From the NCBI GenBank assembly GCA_002633005.1, contig NMRA01000290.1, positions 188,748-252,747 of the forward strand: 64,000 nucleotides of DNA, in the 5' to 3' direction. The position numbers and the translations under genes are program-made. Every line of letters starts with the position of its first letter. The first letter of the stretch is position 1. The notes beneath the pieces were generated by a model that was not told the origin of the DNA, made no database searches, and saw only the letters and a program-made list of their open reading frames with translations. This DNA is from Phoronis australis (taxonomy: Eukaryota; Animalia; Phoronida). Of the stretch, positions 11,801-23,867 are shown one piece after another.

Positions 11801-14800
11801 ACACTGAAGTACAAATTACGAGCAAATCATCAACACAGTAAAAACTCTGTAGTTTGGGGTGGCATCTAAGTTTTGGGATACAGAAATTCAAGCCATAATT
11901 AAATTTTCTTAATTCTGAAAAGTGGGGCATGACCAAATTTGGTGCTCACCATAGTTCCTGTCAATTCTTAATGTAAAAACTATACTTTGTACTTGGGCCT
12001 TATTTGTTTTTTTGATGCACTATCACATATGTATGGAAATATTGCCCTGGAGCACATAGTGCCTTTGGTATATTCATCTTGGTAGAAACCAATTGGCTCG
12101 TTCAGATAAGCTGGGTACAGTTTAACAATAGTTTGTGGCTTTTCGATGCTGAGCATAACCATGTAATGTACCATATGATATGCCTGGTAACTTGCCATGA
12201 AAATAATGAGGGTAGTGGGCAGGAAAAACTACACCATGGCTAATAGGTTCAAGGGTTAAATTAAATGCTTGAATTATTTAAAGCAATACAACTGTTCTGT
12301 CAAGTTGGTTTACAGTGGATGAGAAAAAAATAAGGAGAAAGGGCAATAGGTCATCTCCCTGTACACTACAAAGTTACTTTCAGGGAAATCAGTTTTCTCC
12401 TCTGAATCAAAGTGGTTCTTAGAATTCCAAGGGTGCCCTGTAAGTGGCTATTGCTTCTCAAAGCACAGTTAATGGAGTGGGATTGTGGGTGTCAATGAAT
12501 GCTAGGGTAATCAGACAGATGACCTTGACTCTAGGGACTGGTGAAAGAGGTGCCATCATGCATGAAGTGTTAAGCATGGGCTTAAGTATGTGAGTGGTAG
12601 GGAGAAAAGTGAAACGCCATTACTTTGGAGATGGTCTTTTTCTCAAGAATAATGGGAGTGCTGTGCTTAAGCTGTTTGTCAGCTGTACCTTTGGGTGACC
12701 AATTCTGATCAACCCTAGTAACAAGGAAAAACTGTAGATTTACAAAGCGTATCAACACGATGACTCAGCCAGATGGCTTTTTTGAGAGAAAACCATCTGT
12801 TTTATTTTTTAACCCTTTCAGGTCATGTAGGACTCAAGAAAACTGTACAAATTTTGCCAACTTCAGAACATCGTGTCTCACAAATGGCTGGTCTGAATGA
12901 AATGAAACTTTCAGTATCAGATTCCATGTTTTATGCACTGTTCTCAAAAACTTTGTTAGGGATTGGAAACGGATTTATTTGGTGTGATATATCATTTGGG
13001 GAAAGAATGGTAGACCAACTTGTTACTCGTCTGCTGTACTATGTCCTGAATCGGTGAGGTTTTACTGTAGGAGTATTGCTGTTGGTTGCAATGAATTCGG
13101 TCGTATCTGAGACACGTGACTTTAATGGTGTGTGGTCGGCACACTACTTTTTATTGACGATCTGTGACTTTTCAAAACCATTGGTTTTCAAAATCACAGA
13201 CTGCCAAAACCTACTCATAGTTCACTGTTCAATTCTGCATTTCCAGAACCATGCCAAGGTAGCTGTATTGGGAGCCAGCGGTGGTATAGGACAGCCTCTG
13301 TCTCTCCTGCTGAAACAGTCTCCGCTCATCAGTCACCTGTCACTGTACGACATCGTAGGAACACCCGGAGTAGCAGCTGACCTCAGTCACATCGAGACAC
13401 GAGCTAAGGTATCTGGTCATACAGGAAATGACGAACTGGAGGCATGTCTCTCGGACAGCAAGGTGGTCGTCATACCAGCGGGAGTACCTCGCAAGCCAGG
13501 TGGGTGAGGAACGTGGTTAAGAAGGGCTAACTGGATTATTTATGATTCCATGACAGTGTTGTAATGAGTGGTGAATAGTTTTCTGAAGCAATCAATAACA
13601 TTGAGATTTGTTTTTAAATGTAATATTAGTATCTGATAGCTAAAGGATAAGGTGGTGAAATTTTCGAAGTGTATTCCTATGAACATGATCATATAGGACC
13701 ATTTCTTTTCAGACAGATACTGCTAAGTTTCTCTTTTGAGTACAGATTTTCATCAAATGTAATAAATAAGTTTCTTTTTAGATACAACTGTGTTCCAATT
13801 TTCAAATGGGTTTGTCATATTCTGCACCATCTAGTGGCCATTTTTAGTAATAAACACCGCTCTATGCATTCTGTTGATGGTGCAGTCTTGGGTACATTTG
13901 AATGCTTTGCATTGCTCTTATTGCACTATTTATTGCTTTGAGGCAGTAAAATGCAATTTGCTTATTTACAAATCAAAAGAAAAAAGTGTTATATCTGCTA
14001 AAATGGATAAGTACAATTTCTCTTTTTGATGACGGAAAACCAGGATCTCTATAAATATGGCAAGTGGCTATATCATGCTTATGACACTTTTTCAAAGACC
14101 TTGCTGTTTTGCATTCAGTTTTCCTTGTTGTCGGAAACTTTGATCTTTGGGACAGGATATGACCAATATTTGGAATTTTAATTCATCAAATTTCTCAACA
14201 GAAACAACTGATGAGAAAACTTTTTCTCTGTTAGTTGTATGATTTGTGTTGTATAGCTGTCGCTAAATTGTTGAGCTTTTCCCGCAAAATGTTGTATTAA
14301 AGTTTGAAAACGAAAAATGGCATTTCTTGCAATTGGTTTCACAAATTGAAGAATTTTCACTCATTTCGCCATAGACTCTTTCCTATATGTGTCCAGTTAA
14401 TGTGCTGTCTTGTATATCAATGAAGGGTACACATCTGTCTTGCAGGGATGACCAGAGATGATCTGTTCAACACTAACGCCTCCATCGTTCGTGATTTGGC
14501 TGATGCCTGTGCTAAGTTTTGCCCCAAGGCTATGATTCTCATCATTGCTAACCCAGTAAGTGTTATCCTCAAGGATCAATTCCATCTGACTGACAAAATT
14601 CTGCCGATCTGCTGTATTTTGTTATCCTTGATTCGTCAACTATGGTTCAAAGCAAGAAGAGTACAGATTTTTGTGGAAACTTCCATGAATATTATTCAAA
14701 GACAATTGTTAATGCTATTATTGTTCCATTAGTTAAAAAACACACCCGACGCTTGTTCTCACCAGCTTTTATTTATGCAAGAATACACCGACTTTGGTAT

Positions 14801-17800
14801 TGGATGGCGTATTATACTAAAGACGGACGTAGTGTCTTGAACTGACAATAAATTATGACCGAAAGTTGGCGTTAGCAGGTTCGGAAATGGAGTGATCCCT
14901 TGCCTGTACATTAGATTTAGTTGCTGCCATAGGCTGCTGGGTTGTTACATCACTTCTATTGTTTTTGGTGAAAATTGACATGTCTGATTAACTTGGCTGT
15001 AAGTTGTCTTCAGTGGTACACAACTGACTGCAACCTGACTTGCTTGCTTTAGTTTATGACAGATAGGTTCTGTATTCCGTAAGTTAATCTTCATTACCAT
15101 TGACACTTCCTTTTACAGGTCAACTCTACGGTGCCAATAGCTTCCGAAGTCTTCAAGAAACATGGTGTCTACGACCCTAACAGAATTTTCGGTGTAACAA
15201 CTTTAGATATTGTTCGAGCCAATACATTCGTCGCTGAAGCTAAGGTCCGTTTTTTAATTTTTTAACAAATTTTGACTGCAAGACTGTTTTTGTTGAACAC
15301 TTATAACTGCATTTTGTCTCTTTGAGCAACTCATTAAAAACTACAGTAGTAAACAACGGGCCACTTGCCCTTACAAATTTGGTGAACTATTTGAAGGGCT
15401 TACCAGCCTTTTCAAAATTTGACCGCTTGAGTTCAGTTGCAGGTAATTTCTAATCAAGCATTGAAACCAGTGCTGTGATAGCAAGGACGTTTTTGAGCCC
15501 CATTTGACAGGCTTTTTTTAACATATTTCTTGACTTCTCTATTACATCGTAAATGGATAAGAAATACATCTTTGTGCAGCTAGTATTTTGAGTTTTCTCT
15601 TCTTACTGATACATTTTTAATGTGGTTGGTCGTTCTTTGGGGGTTTACTAAGTCACGTGATCTTTTGTTGCATTGCAGGATCTTGATGTATCTCAAGTGA
15701 ACGTGCCAGTCATTGGTGGTCATGCTGGCACCACCATTGTGCCCATCATATCCCAGGCCACGCCCTCCGTCTCGTTCCCAGCTGAGGAGCGAACCAAACT
15801 GACAGAGAGAATCCAAGACGCTGGCACAGAGGTTGTCAATGCAAAGGCTGGGGCGGTGAGTTGTCCAGTTTTTATGCGCCCACATATTTATATGTGGTCG
15901 CTTATTGCCGTCATCTCTGCACGTCCGGCGTCCGCATCTGTATTTCCTAAATCCCTCACAGGATCTTGATGAGATTTGGCAGATGTATTCCTGTCAAGCT
16001 GACAACGGATGACGACAAATTTCGGACCTTTCTGACAACCGGTTTGCCTCCTAGTGGGAATTTTAGTTTTTATGCATACCTCTGTATCTTTAGAGGTCCT
16101 CAACGGATGTACATAAAATTTGGCTGTCAGGTACCTATAAGTGAGGTGATGCCATCCCTTCCTTTTAGGACGGATTCGAGGTACTTTGCGCCACCTAGTG
16201 GCCATGTTTACTGTTTTCGAGTCTGTTTTTGGTATCCGCCCTTCTATCAACCAAACCTCTCTGGGTAGGATTTTGAAAATTGGCATATGTTTTTACTGTA
16301 AAGAGGGCATCTGACAATGATGTTCGGATGACTTTGACTACTGTGGCGACTCCTAGTGGCACTTTTGTTTCATTTGCACCCATGGCTGTATCTCCTAAAC
16401 CGTTTGCAGGATCTTTTGCTAAATGTAGAAAGTATATTTATATGATGTTGACAGCAGTCAACGACGACATTTTAACGGATCTGACTACCAGTGTGCCCCC
16501 TAGTGGCAATTTTAGTTTTTTTATGTTTACCATTGTATCTTCAAAGGTCCTCAACAGATTTTCATAAAATTTGGCAGATAGGCATGTATTAGTGAGATGA
16601 TGCTATCCTGTTTTTGGATGGATTCGAGGTATTTTGCATCTACTAGTGGCCATTTTTACTGTTTTCGAGTCTGTTTTTTGGCATCCACCTCTCCATCAAC
16701 CAAATTGTTCTAAGGGTGATTGTGAAAATTGGTATGTATGTTCTTACTATGAAGGGGATAGCTGACGATGGTTTTCCAATAACTTCGACTACTGTGGCAC
16801 CTCCTAGTGGCAGTTTTGTTTTTCTGCGCCCATGGCTGTATCTCCTAGACCGTTTGCAGGATCTTTGCTAAATCTAGCAAGTTTATTTATATGATGTTGA
16901 CAACAGTCAACGACGACGTTTTAACGGATCTGACTACCAGTGTGCCCCCTAGTGACAATTTTCGTTTTTAACGTTTACTTCTGTATATTCAAAGGTCCTC
17001 AATGGAGTTTCATAAAATGTGGAACATAGACATTTATTGGTGAGGCGACGCTATCCTGCTGTTTTCGGGTGGATTTGAAGTATTTTGCAGCACCTAGTGG
17101 TCATTTTTACTGTTTTGGAGTCTGTTTGTTAGCGTCCACCTCTCTATCAACCAAACCATTCTAAGGATGATTTTGAAAAATAGCGTATATGTTCTCAGTG
17201 TGATGAGGACGATTGACGATGACGACTTTGAATACTGTGGTGCCTCCTAGTGGTAGTTTGTTTTGCCCCCATAGCTGTATTTTCTAAACTCACTGCAGGA
17301 TATTTATTTAACTTAGTAAGTGTATTTATATGAACCTAACAATAGAAAGCGACAACTTTCAGGTGGTCGCTTTGCCCCCTTGTGGCAATTTCATTTTTTT
17401 TTTCATTTTCCTTTGTTTCTCTGAAGTTCCTTGGCAGATTTTTATGAAATTTGGTAAATAGCTTTCTATTAAAGAGGCGATGACATGTTCCGTTTTCAGA
17501 ATGATTGGACCTTTTGCGCCATCTAGTGGCCATTTTTATGATACAAATAAACAACTCTGGAAGCACACGGTTTGCGGTGCATTCGTGGGCGCATTTTAAC
17601 ACTTGCTCTTGTTGAAGAAGTAGTGTTCAGTGTTTGGAATGAACATTTGCGTTAAAGGCATTTAAGTTTGTGCAGAGGGATGGATAATAATTCACGTTTA
17701 GTGTAGGTAGTTCTGGAAATGTCATATGTCTGTAAACGATAAACAATTTAAAATGGGCATGTCATCTTGATCATCTGTATTTTCGACATTGAACGTAAAG

Positions 17801-20115
17801 TGTATGTAAATAATTCTAAACATCCAAACTTTCTTCATTGCGACTCACATTCCTAATGAATATAATCGCCGTTTCTTGGGATGACTGTTGTTTATTTAGT
17901 GGTCTGATTGGGAATAAAGTCGCCCACTGTCTGTTCATGGTCACAATTAAGGTCTAACTAGTGAACTACTCAGTATTACTAATTTTTTTAAAATCTACAA
18001 ACCATATTCAAGAACGTATTGGTGTATGTGTGCAGTGCTCATTTCAGAACGTGCCTTCGCTGCATCTGTGCATTAAATCCTAAATTAGACAAAGAGTTTC
18101 ATGCGGTATTGATTTCTGTTGACACCTAAAAATCTTCTTCATTAACCAATTTTTCTACTTAAGTTAATTAGAAATTATGACGATTTATGCTTAATAGCAC
18201 CAGATGTTCTTAAACAGCTCCCTATATTTTACCGCAGCAGGGCCAATTGGCTGTAAATGTGAAATTCTGGAACTAACACCATTTATGTATAACTCTTAGT
18301 GATGCTCTGTCCTCTTGCAGGGGTCAGCTACTCTGTCCATGGCCTACGCTGGTGCCAGGTTCACATTCTCTGTGCTGGACGCTTTGAACGGCAAAGTGGG
18401 TGTGGTTGAGTGTGCATTTGTTAAGTCGGACGAGACCGAGGCAAAATACTTCTCAACCAACCTCCTCCTTGGGGTATGTAATTCTTTCAGGCATTTTAAT
18501 GTGGCTGAGATGATCAACTAGTATTCAGTTGACATGGTAAACATTCTTTAGTTTGAGGCGCAATGTGGTGAACAAGTGAAATTTCAATTAGTCAGAATTC
18601 TCAACAAAAATGACTTCAGGAAAAGTCATCTTGCTTTTAGCATGGTTTGTATGGCACAACTATTAAGGTAGGTGTATACACTGATCAAATCTCCAGGTTC
18701 CTTACTAAAATGAGTAAAAAGGGAGTTTTAACTAGTTAGATATGACTCTGAAAGTGACAAAAATCGAAAAAAAGTTTTTTTTGTAGTTTTGGATTTTCAG
18801 AATGATTTTATTTTTCTTCAGTATACTGTGCATCAAGAATTAAAGATTAGGATGACATAAAAATGTAAAAAACAGTCAAAATTAATTTTTTTGTGTATCC
18901 ACCTACCTTAACAAATAACATTTTATAGTAAAATTTTGAGCATTTGCAATAATGTGGTAAGCTTCTGAAAAATAGAAATATTGCCCAAATTGAAGAGTTT
19001 TTACTGTACTTCTTTTGGGTCTATCGCTTTGCATTCACTCAGTCTGTAGCGTCATTTATTGGAACAAGACAGTTGCATTTAGTTCAGTTTTGCGTGTTCA
19101 TCTCATAATTTCAGCTATTATTAAAATCTCTTGGTCTATTTACACTGACCTCTAGTCTACATACACTGTCACGACGTTTCGGTCGGTCTCTTGTCCGGCC
19201 ATCGTCAGGTGTTCCCGTGTTCTTAGAAGAACGAGCATGGATACGTGATACACTNTAGTATTCAGTTGACGTGGTAAACATTCTTTAGTTTGGGGCGCAA
19301 TGTGGTGAACAGGTGAAATTTCAATTAGTCGGAATTCTCAACAAAAATGACTTCAGGAAAAGTCACCTTGCTTTTAGCATGGTTTGTATGGCGCAACTAT
19401 AATTAACAAATAACTTTTTATAGTAAAATTTTGAGCATTTGCAATAATGTGGTAAGCTTCTGAAAAATAGAAATATTGCCCAAATTGAAGAGTTTTTACT
19501 GTACTTCTTTTGGGTCTATCGCTTTGCATTCACTCAGTCTGTAGCGTCATTTATTGGAACAAGACAGTTGCATTTAGTTCAGTTTTGCGTGTTCATCTCA
19601 TAATTTCAGCTATTATTAAAATCTCTTGGTCTATTTACACTGACCTCTAGTCTACATACACTGTCACGACGTTTCGGTCGGTCTCTTGTCCGGCCATCGT
19701 CAGGTGTTCCCGTGTTCTTAGAAGAACGAGCATGGATACGTGATACACTCATGGTGTGATTTTTTTGTGCGAAGTCATCATAATTTCAGCTGGAAAAACT
19801 GGGTGTGTAACAGTTTTCACTGAATGTGAATTCAATCAAATTATGAATCATTTAAATCCACAGCTTTCCATTCATTGAGCAAATGACTGTGTACTGAATG
19901 GGAAGTCAATCAAATTATGAATCAATAGAATTCGCACCTCTCCATTCATTGAGCCAGTAACTTTGGAATGTCATTGTCACTTTCAGCCAAACGGTGTTGA
20001 GAAGAACTTGGGCATTGGCAAGCTGATTGAATACGAGCTGAAACTGGTCCAGGAGTGTATTCCAGAGCTGCAGAAGAGCATTAAGAAAGGCGAGGATTTT
20101 GTCAGTGGATCGTGA
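8760..20115 (+). CDS. MDH2: Malate dehydrogenase 2, mitochondrial (342 aa, complete)
   Basis: Seven exons: 8760-8840, 13247-13499, 14446-14555, 15119-15244, 15679-15855, 18321-18473, 19987-20115. Presequence [10 protein letters not shown]...RHFSVSST; motifs [77 protein letters not shown]. Confidence 0.98.
10233..10662. mobile_element. Harbinger-like MITE
   Basis: Imperfect TIR AGCCCTTTCATATTGAT / ATTAGTATGAGAGGCCC; internal repeated TTCATACTG and GTCGAC motifs. Confidence 0.5.
13247..13499 (+). CDS. MDH2: MDH2 exon 2
   Basis: ttccag|[15 protein letters not shown]...AGVPRKP(G)|gtgggt. Confidence 0.97.
14446..14555 (+). CDS. MDH2: MDH2 exon 3
   Basis: [36 protein letters not shown]|gtaagt. 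Confidence 0.97.
15119..15244 (+). CDS. MDH2: MDH2 exon 4
   Basis: [42 protein letters not shown]. Confidence 0.97.
15679..15855 (+). CDS. MDH2: MDH2 exon 5
   Basis: [22 protein letters not shown]...[11 protein letters not shown]|gtgagt. Confidence 0.97.
15869..17613 (-). mobile_element. HINE-like element, copy 2, in MDH2 intron 5
   Basis: T tract then ATGCGCCCACATATTTATATGTGGTCGC hairpin, GTCC-like motif, ~150-bp subunits with ~450-bp higher-order period, end GTGGGCGCAT...GCTCTTGTT. Confidence 0.78.
18321..18473 (+). CDS. MDH2: MDH2 exon 6
   Basis: [14 protein letters not shown]...VVECAFVKS...YFSTNLLLG|gtatgt. Confidence 0.97.
18520..19749. repeat. Direct duplication across single-N join (likely two haplotypes)
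   Basis: 18520-19254 repeated at 19256-19749 with n at 19255; copies differ by the MITE and a few SNPs. Confidence 0.85.
18667..18907. mobile_element. 241-bp MITE with TTAA TSD and GG termini (Kolobok-like)
   Basis: TTAA|GGTAGGTGTATACAC ... GTGTATCCACCTACC|TTAA (TIR 14/15); absent from the adjacent duplicate copy. Confidence 0.85.
19987..20115 (+). CDS. MDH2: MDH2 exon 7 (terminal)
   Basis: [42 protein letters not shown] then TGA. Confidence 0.97.
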   Translation, partial: PNGVEKNLGIGKLIEYELKLVQECIPELQKSIKKGEDFVSGS

Positions 20116-20567
20116 AGTGTGACCGATCGTGTTTCGCGGATGATGTAGATGGTTGTCGTTGTTGGATACGGGATGCGCTTGGCAAAATGTGTGTCTTGTT
20201 ATTTCAAAGTTGAACATTTAGCCAAAAAGACATAAAAGTGCTAGCCGCTAAGTTATTTGTATAACGTTTACAGGCCTAGTGTTGGCTGGATTAGTAAGGT
20301 ACTTTGAAGGTATTTATGGAATGTAACTAATTAATACTTTGTTATAGGTAACGCTTGCTGTGCTATATTCTTCCTTTTCATGTGTATTGTTAATAACGCA
20401 TTTTTCCTCACTGAAGTGTAACAGGTGCCGCTTGAGATTTAAGCAACAACAAAAGCTGATATAATTGAATATAGATAACGGATACTAACAGTGATGGTAT
20501 CAGAGGTGGCTTGTTACCCTTACTGGTCTGCATTTGGAATATCTCGGATGTAATTTGGGACTTTCCT

Positions 20568-20573
20568 AATAAA
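20568..20573 (+). terminator. Probable MDH2 polyadenylation signal
   Basis: AATAAA ~450 nt after the stop, followed by GT-rich sequence. Confidence 0.55.
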
Positions 20574-21399
20574 TTCAAGTGTGTAGAGAACTGTGTTTTT
20601 AAGTCATGTCGGTACACTGCAGCCTTATCACAAAACTAATTTCAAGAAACATGGAGTTATTGGATGAAACTTGGATCTAGAGAAAATTTGAAAGTGTGAA
20701 CAAGAGAGTAAGAGAGAAAATTATGTGCACCACTATATGTATGCACATATTGTGAAACCCTGGATTTGGGAAACTACTAGAGAGATATTTATTCGCAATT
20801 TACACTAATATTCCGAAGTCAAACAACAAAAATTGCTGTAAACCATTAAAGCTTCAACTGTCTTCAGACATAATCAGGTGGTCGTTCAGTTTTAATTTGT
20901 AAAGGTGTGAGCCATTTGTAAGTTCACTGTTCCGAGATTTACAACATAGGTCACGAAATGTTCAGCGTCAGTCATAAACCACAGTGATGTGAAAAGCAGC
21001 GTCTTGTGAGCAAATTTAAAGGGATAGTTAAGTCAGTCAACTGGACAGAACTCGAGGTTACGGGCGTTTTATTCAGCAGCAGTGGTCAACTCCCATTTCC
21101 TATGAGAAGCCGCTATAAAATTATTCTCGACTCATTGCCTTCTTTATTCACATGAGAAATGATTTCTGTGTTTGCAAAGGCATCTCATTCGTTGAGACGG
21201 TGCACGGCACAGACAGTAAAATGACACTGATGTCATGACAAGCCGACTTATAGAGCCTTCTCTAACAAAACAATTCGAGACCAACTGTAGGTGATTTACT
21301 ACAAAAGTTGTTTTTGTGGTGATAAGCGGGTTTATTGTCGTCTTTCTGTTTAGCTGTCCGAAAAACTAAACAATCTGATCGAGGTAAGTATAGCCCCCA

Positions 21400-22060
21400 G
21401 CACTTAAATCCGCTTATGTTGTAAACAGAATTCACCAAACATCAAAGTGTACTTGCAATTCAGTTAGCCTGAAGCTACGGCTCAATTGTCTGGCTCTCCT
21501 CATATTGACTCGTCTGCCGTTGCGACTCTTACAAGAAATACTTAGCTGATATTACTCCTACGATGACCTATCGACTTTCGCAATATTCTCTGAACGCACG
21601 TACACAAATATCAAGAGTGTAATTGAGGATTTTCGCTCTATTTTTCAACTACTAAATAAAATAACAAGAAGGTTATAAAATGCACACTTCGGGTCAACGT
21701 GGTCTCTGACGAAACAAACACTTATCGCTGAAAATCTAACGAAAATATACCCATCAACACATTTATTAACGATTTTTCATATGTTTCCGACCTTGTTGAT
21801 AGTAACAAAAAATATTGCTGGTGACTTCAACATTAAATTTCTACAATTTTTTTAACTATCAAAACCTTTGTGATTTCGTTGAGCATATATGCTTACCGTA
21901 GGCTTTTACTGGATTCAATATTGAAACGTGAACACTCATGAATAAAAGCGTAAAATTGAAACTGCACAAATTTATAACCATGAAATCCCATTGAAAGTTT
22001 GCAACCAGAATCTTTGAAAGGGAAATGGAATCAACTGATTTCATATACCTTACTCAATAA

Positions 22061-22092
<32 letters not shown>

Positions 22093-22560
22093 GAAGTCAG
22101 ATTTTCAGATACAACACTGTATCTGACACAATTACCGACTTACTCAATAAACCTTTTACTGGTGTTCTTACGAAATCCAATAAATATAAACTCAAACGTA
22201 ACAAATGGGTTACCAATAGTATGGTACTCATTTCCATTAAACCGAGAGATAAGCTCTACCAGAAGTATTGTACCTTATCCTCACTACCTATCTTTCACAA
22301 CATTTATTCAATTAAATTAAAGCAATACAATAAAATTCTCAAGTCTGTCATTGCAAATTCAAAATCCACGTATTATGTAGCAAAAAAAAAACAAAAAAAC
22401 AAATGACATCGAATCTGTAAAACTTGGAAAACAATTAAATGTCTCATCAATGACCGTCACCCTCCCAGTAATGCTTTTCCACAGTACATCAAAACAAAGA
22501 TATATAAGCAAAAATGAAATTACTTCAACAAATACTTCACTAATATTAGTATGAGACTAG
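21400..22560 (+). mobile_element. Degenerate CR1/L2-clade LINE ORF2 fragment (endonuclease/linker)
   Basis: Broken frames give IAGDFNIKFL, KWVTNSMVLISIKPRDKLYQKY, KTWKTIKCLI, FNKYFTNI. Confidence 0.7.
22056..22091. repeat. (AAT)n microsatellite
   Basis: About 12 AAT units with one ACT variant. Confidence 0.9.
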
Positions 22561-22562
22561 AA

Positions 22563-23473
22563 TCTCTTATTCCTACAAAAGTTGATGGCAGATTTTTCTT
22601 AGCAATAAAACTAATGATTCCACATAGTAGCTGGCAACAAAATAATATCAGAGTTTCAACCCAAGAAATCTTTTGGTTTTGTCAACTTTCTTGCTATTTT
22701 TCTTCAAAAAAGATAATGGTTAGATGAACAACAAATTGAAAATTGTAATTAATCTTACCACTATCTCTCAAGTAAAAGTATTTAAATTCCATGATATTTT
22801 TCTGGACAAATTATTCACTTGAAATAAATATGTCAGCGAAATTTCTAATAAAATTGCCAAAGTTCTGTCGCAAATATCAATTTCCCACACATATCCTATT
22901 CGTGATCTTCAACTGCCTGCTAATGGCGTCAACTTTCCGAGTTGTACTAGGCCTACTTCCTACGCCAGAGATTGGACATTATCAATTTGGTGGTCTTTTC
23001 CCACAGTTGCCGTGCAANTCTCTTATTCCTACAAAAGTTGATGGCAGATTTTTCTTAGTAATAAAACTAATGATTCCACATAGTAGCTGGCAACAAAATA
23101 ATATCAGAGTTTCAACCCAAGAAATCTTTTGGTTTTGTCAACTTTCTTGCTATTTTTCTTCAAAAAAGATAATGATTAGATGAACAACAAATTGAAAATT
23201 GTAATTAATCTTACCACTATCTCTCAAGTAAAAGTATTTAAATTCCATGATATTTTTCTGGACAAATTATTCACTTGAAATAAATATGTCAGCGAAATTT
23301 CTAATAAAATTGCCAAAGTTCTGTCGCAAATATCAATTTCCCACACATATCCTATTCGTGATCTTCAACTGCCTGCTAATGGCGTCAACTTTCCGAGTTG
23401 TACTAGGCCTACTTCCTACGCCAGAGATTGGACATTATCAATTTGGTGGTCTTTTCCCACAGTTGCCGTGCAA
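22563..23473. repeat. 455-bp direct duplication across single-N join
   Basis: 22563-23017 repeated at 23019-23473 with n at 23018; ~2 substitutions. Confidence 0.9.
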
Positions 23474-23867
23474 TATTCACTGATTGAAGCGCAGGTAACA
23501 CTTGCCCGTTTAGCAGGCTTTGAAAGGAGTTTTCAATTTTTCCTTCAATCTTTTGAGGATTGTTGAAGGCTACGGAGCTTTATTTTTTCTGGGAATATCA
23601 CCAGCAGTAAGCCAAAACCCGGCGGATTTGCTGGTATCCCGCTTTGAACTAAACGAAGCCCGTTTTCCCCTCCTTTGCATTCCGTTGACGAAAGACACTT
23701 TGGTAATGTGAGCACGTGCTTTGGTTGTAATGCATGGCGATGTCTTTCTAAAACGTGCGTGATCCGGCCCGAGGCATTGAGCCGTCGCTCGCCGGGGTCA
23801 CTGGATTTCCAAACCGTTCACCAGGTGGCTCTTCATAATATTGTTATTATCGCCGTGCATTATTGAA

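Noticed and set aside
12240-12830. piggyBac-like termini (AAGGG|TTAA at ~12255, TTAA|CCCTT at ~12810)
   Set aside because: The ends face away from each other and no partner ends were found, so no element can be delimited
15888-17602. ORFs containing MATRWRK-like peptides
   Set aside because: Translations of the CTAGTGGCCAT repeat motif in the non-coding HINE; no transposase or helicase motifs
20113-20151. MDH2 stop-codon readthrough giving a peroxisomal extension, as in MDH1x
   Set aside because: Context is TGA-AGT not TGA-CTA, and the extension SVTDRVSRMM ends in RMM, not a PTS1
22563-23483. Twin ORFs MIFFWTNYSLEIN... suggesting a tandem gene pair
   Set aside because: They arise from a 455-bp overlap across a single N (assembly/haplotype artefact) with no recognisable protein
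23480-23860. Structured ncRNA (telomerase RNA, 7SK, RNase P/MRP) upstream of SMG6
   Set aside because: Only small hairpins; no telomeric template or family signature seen; best explained as SMG6 promoter/5'UTR
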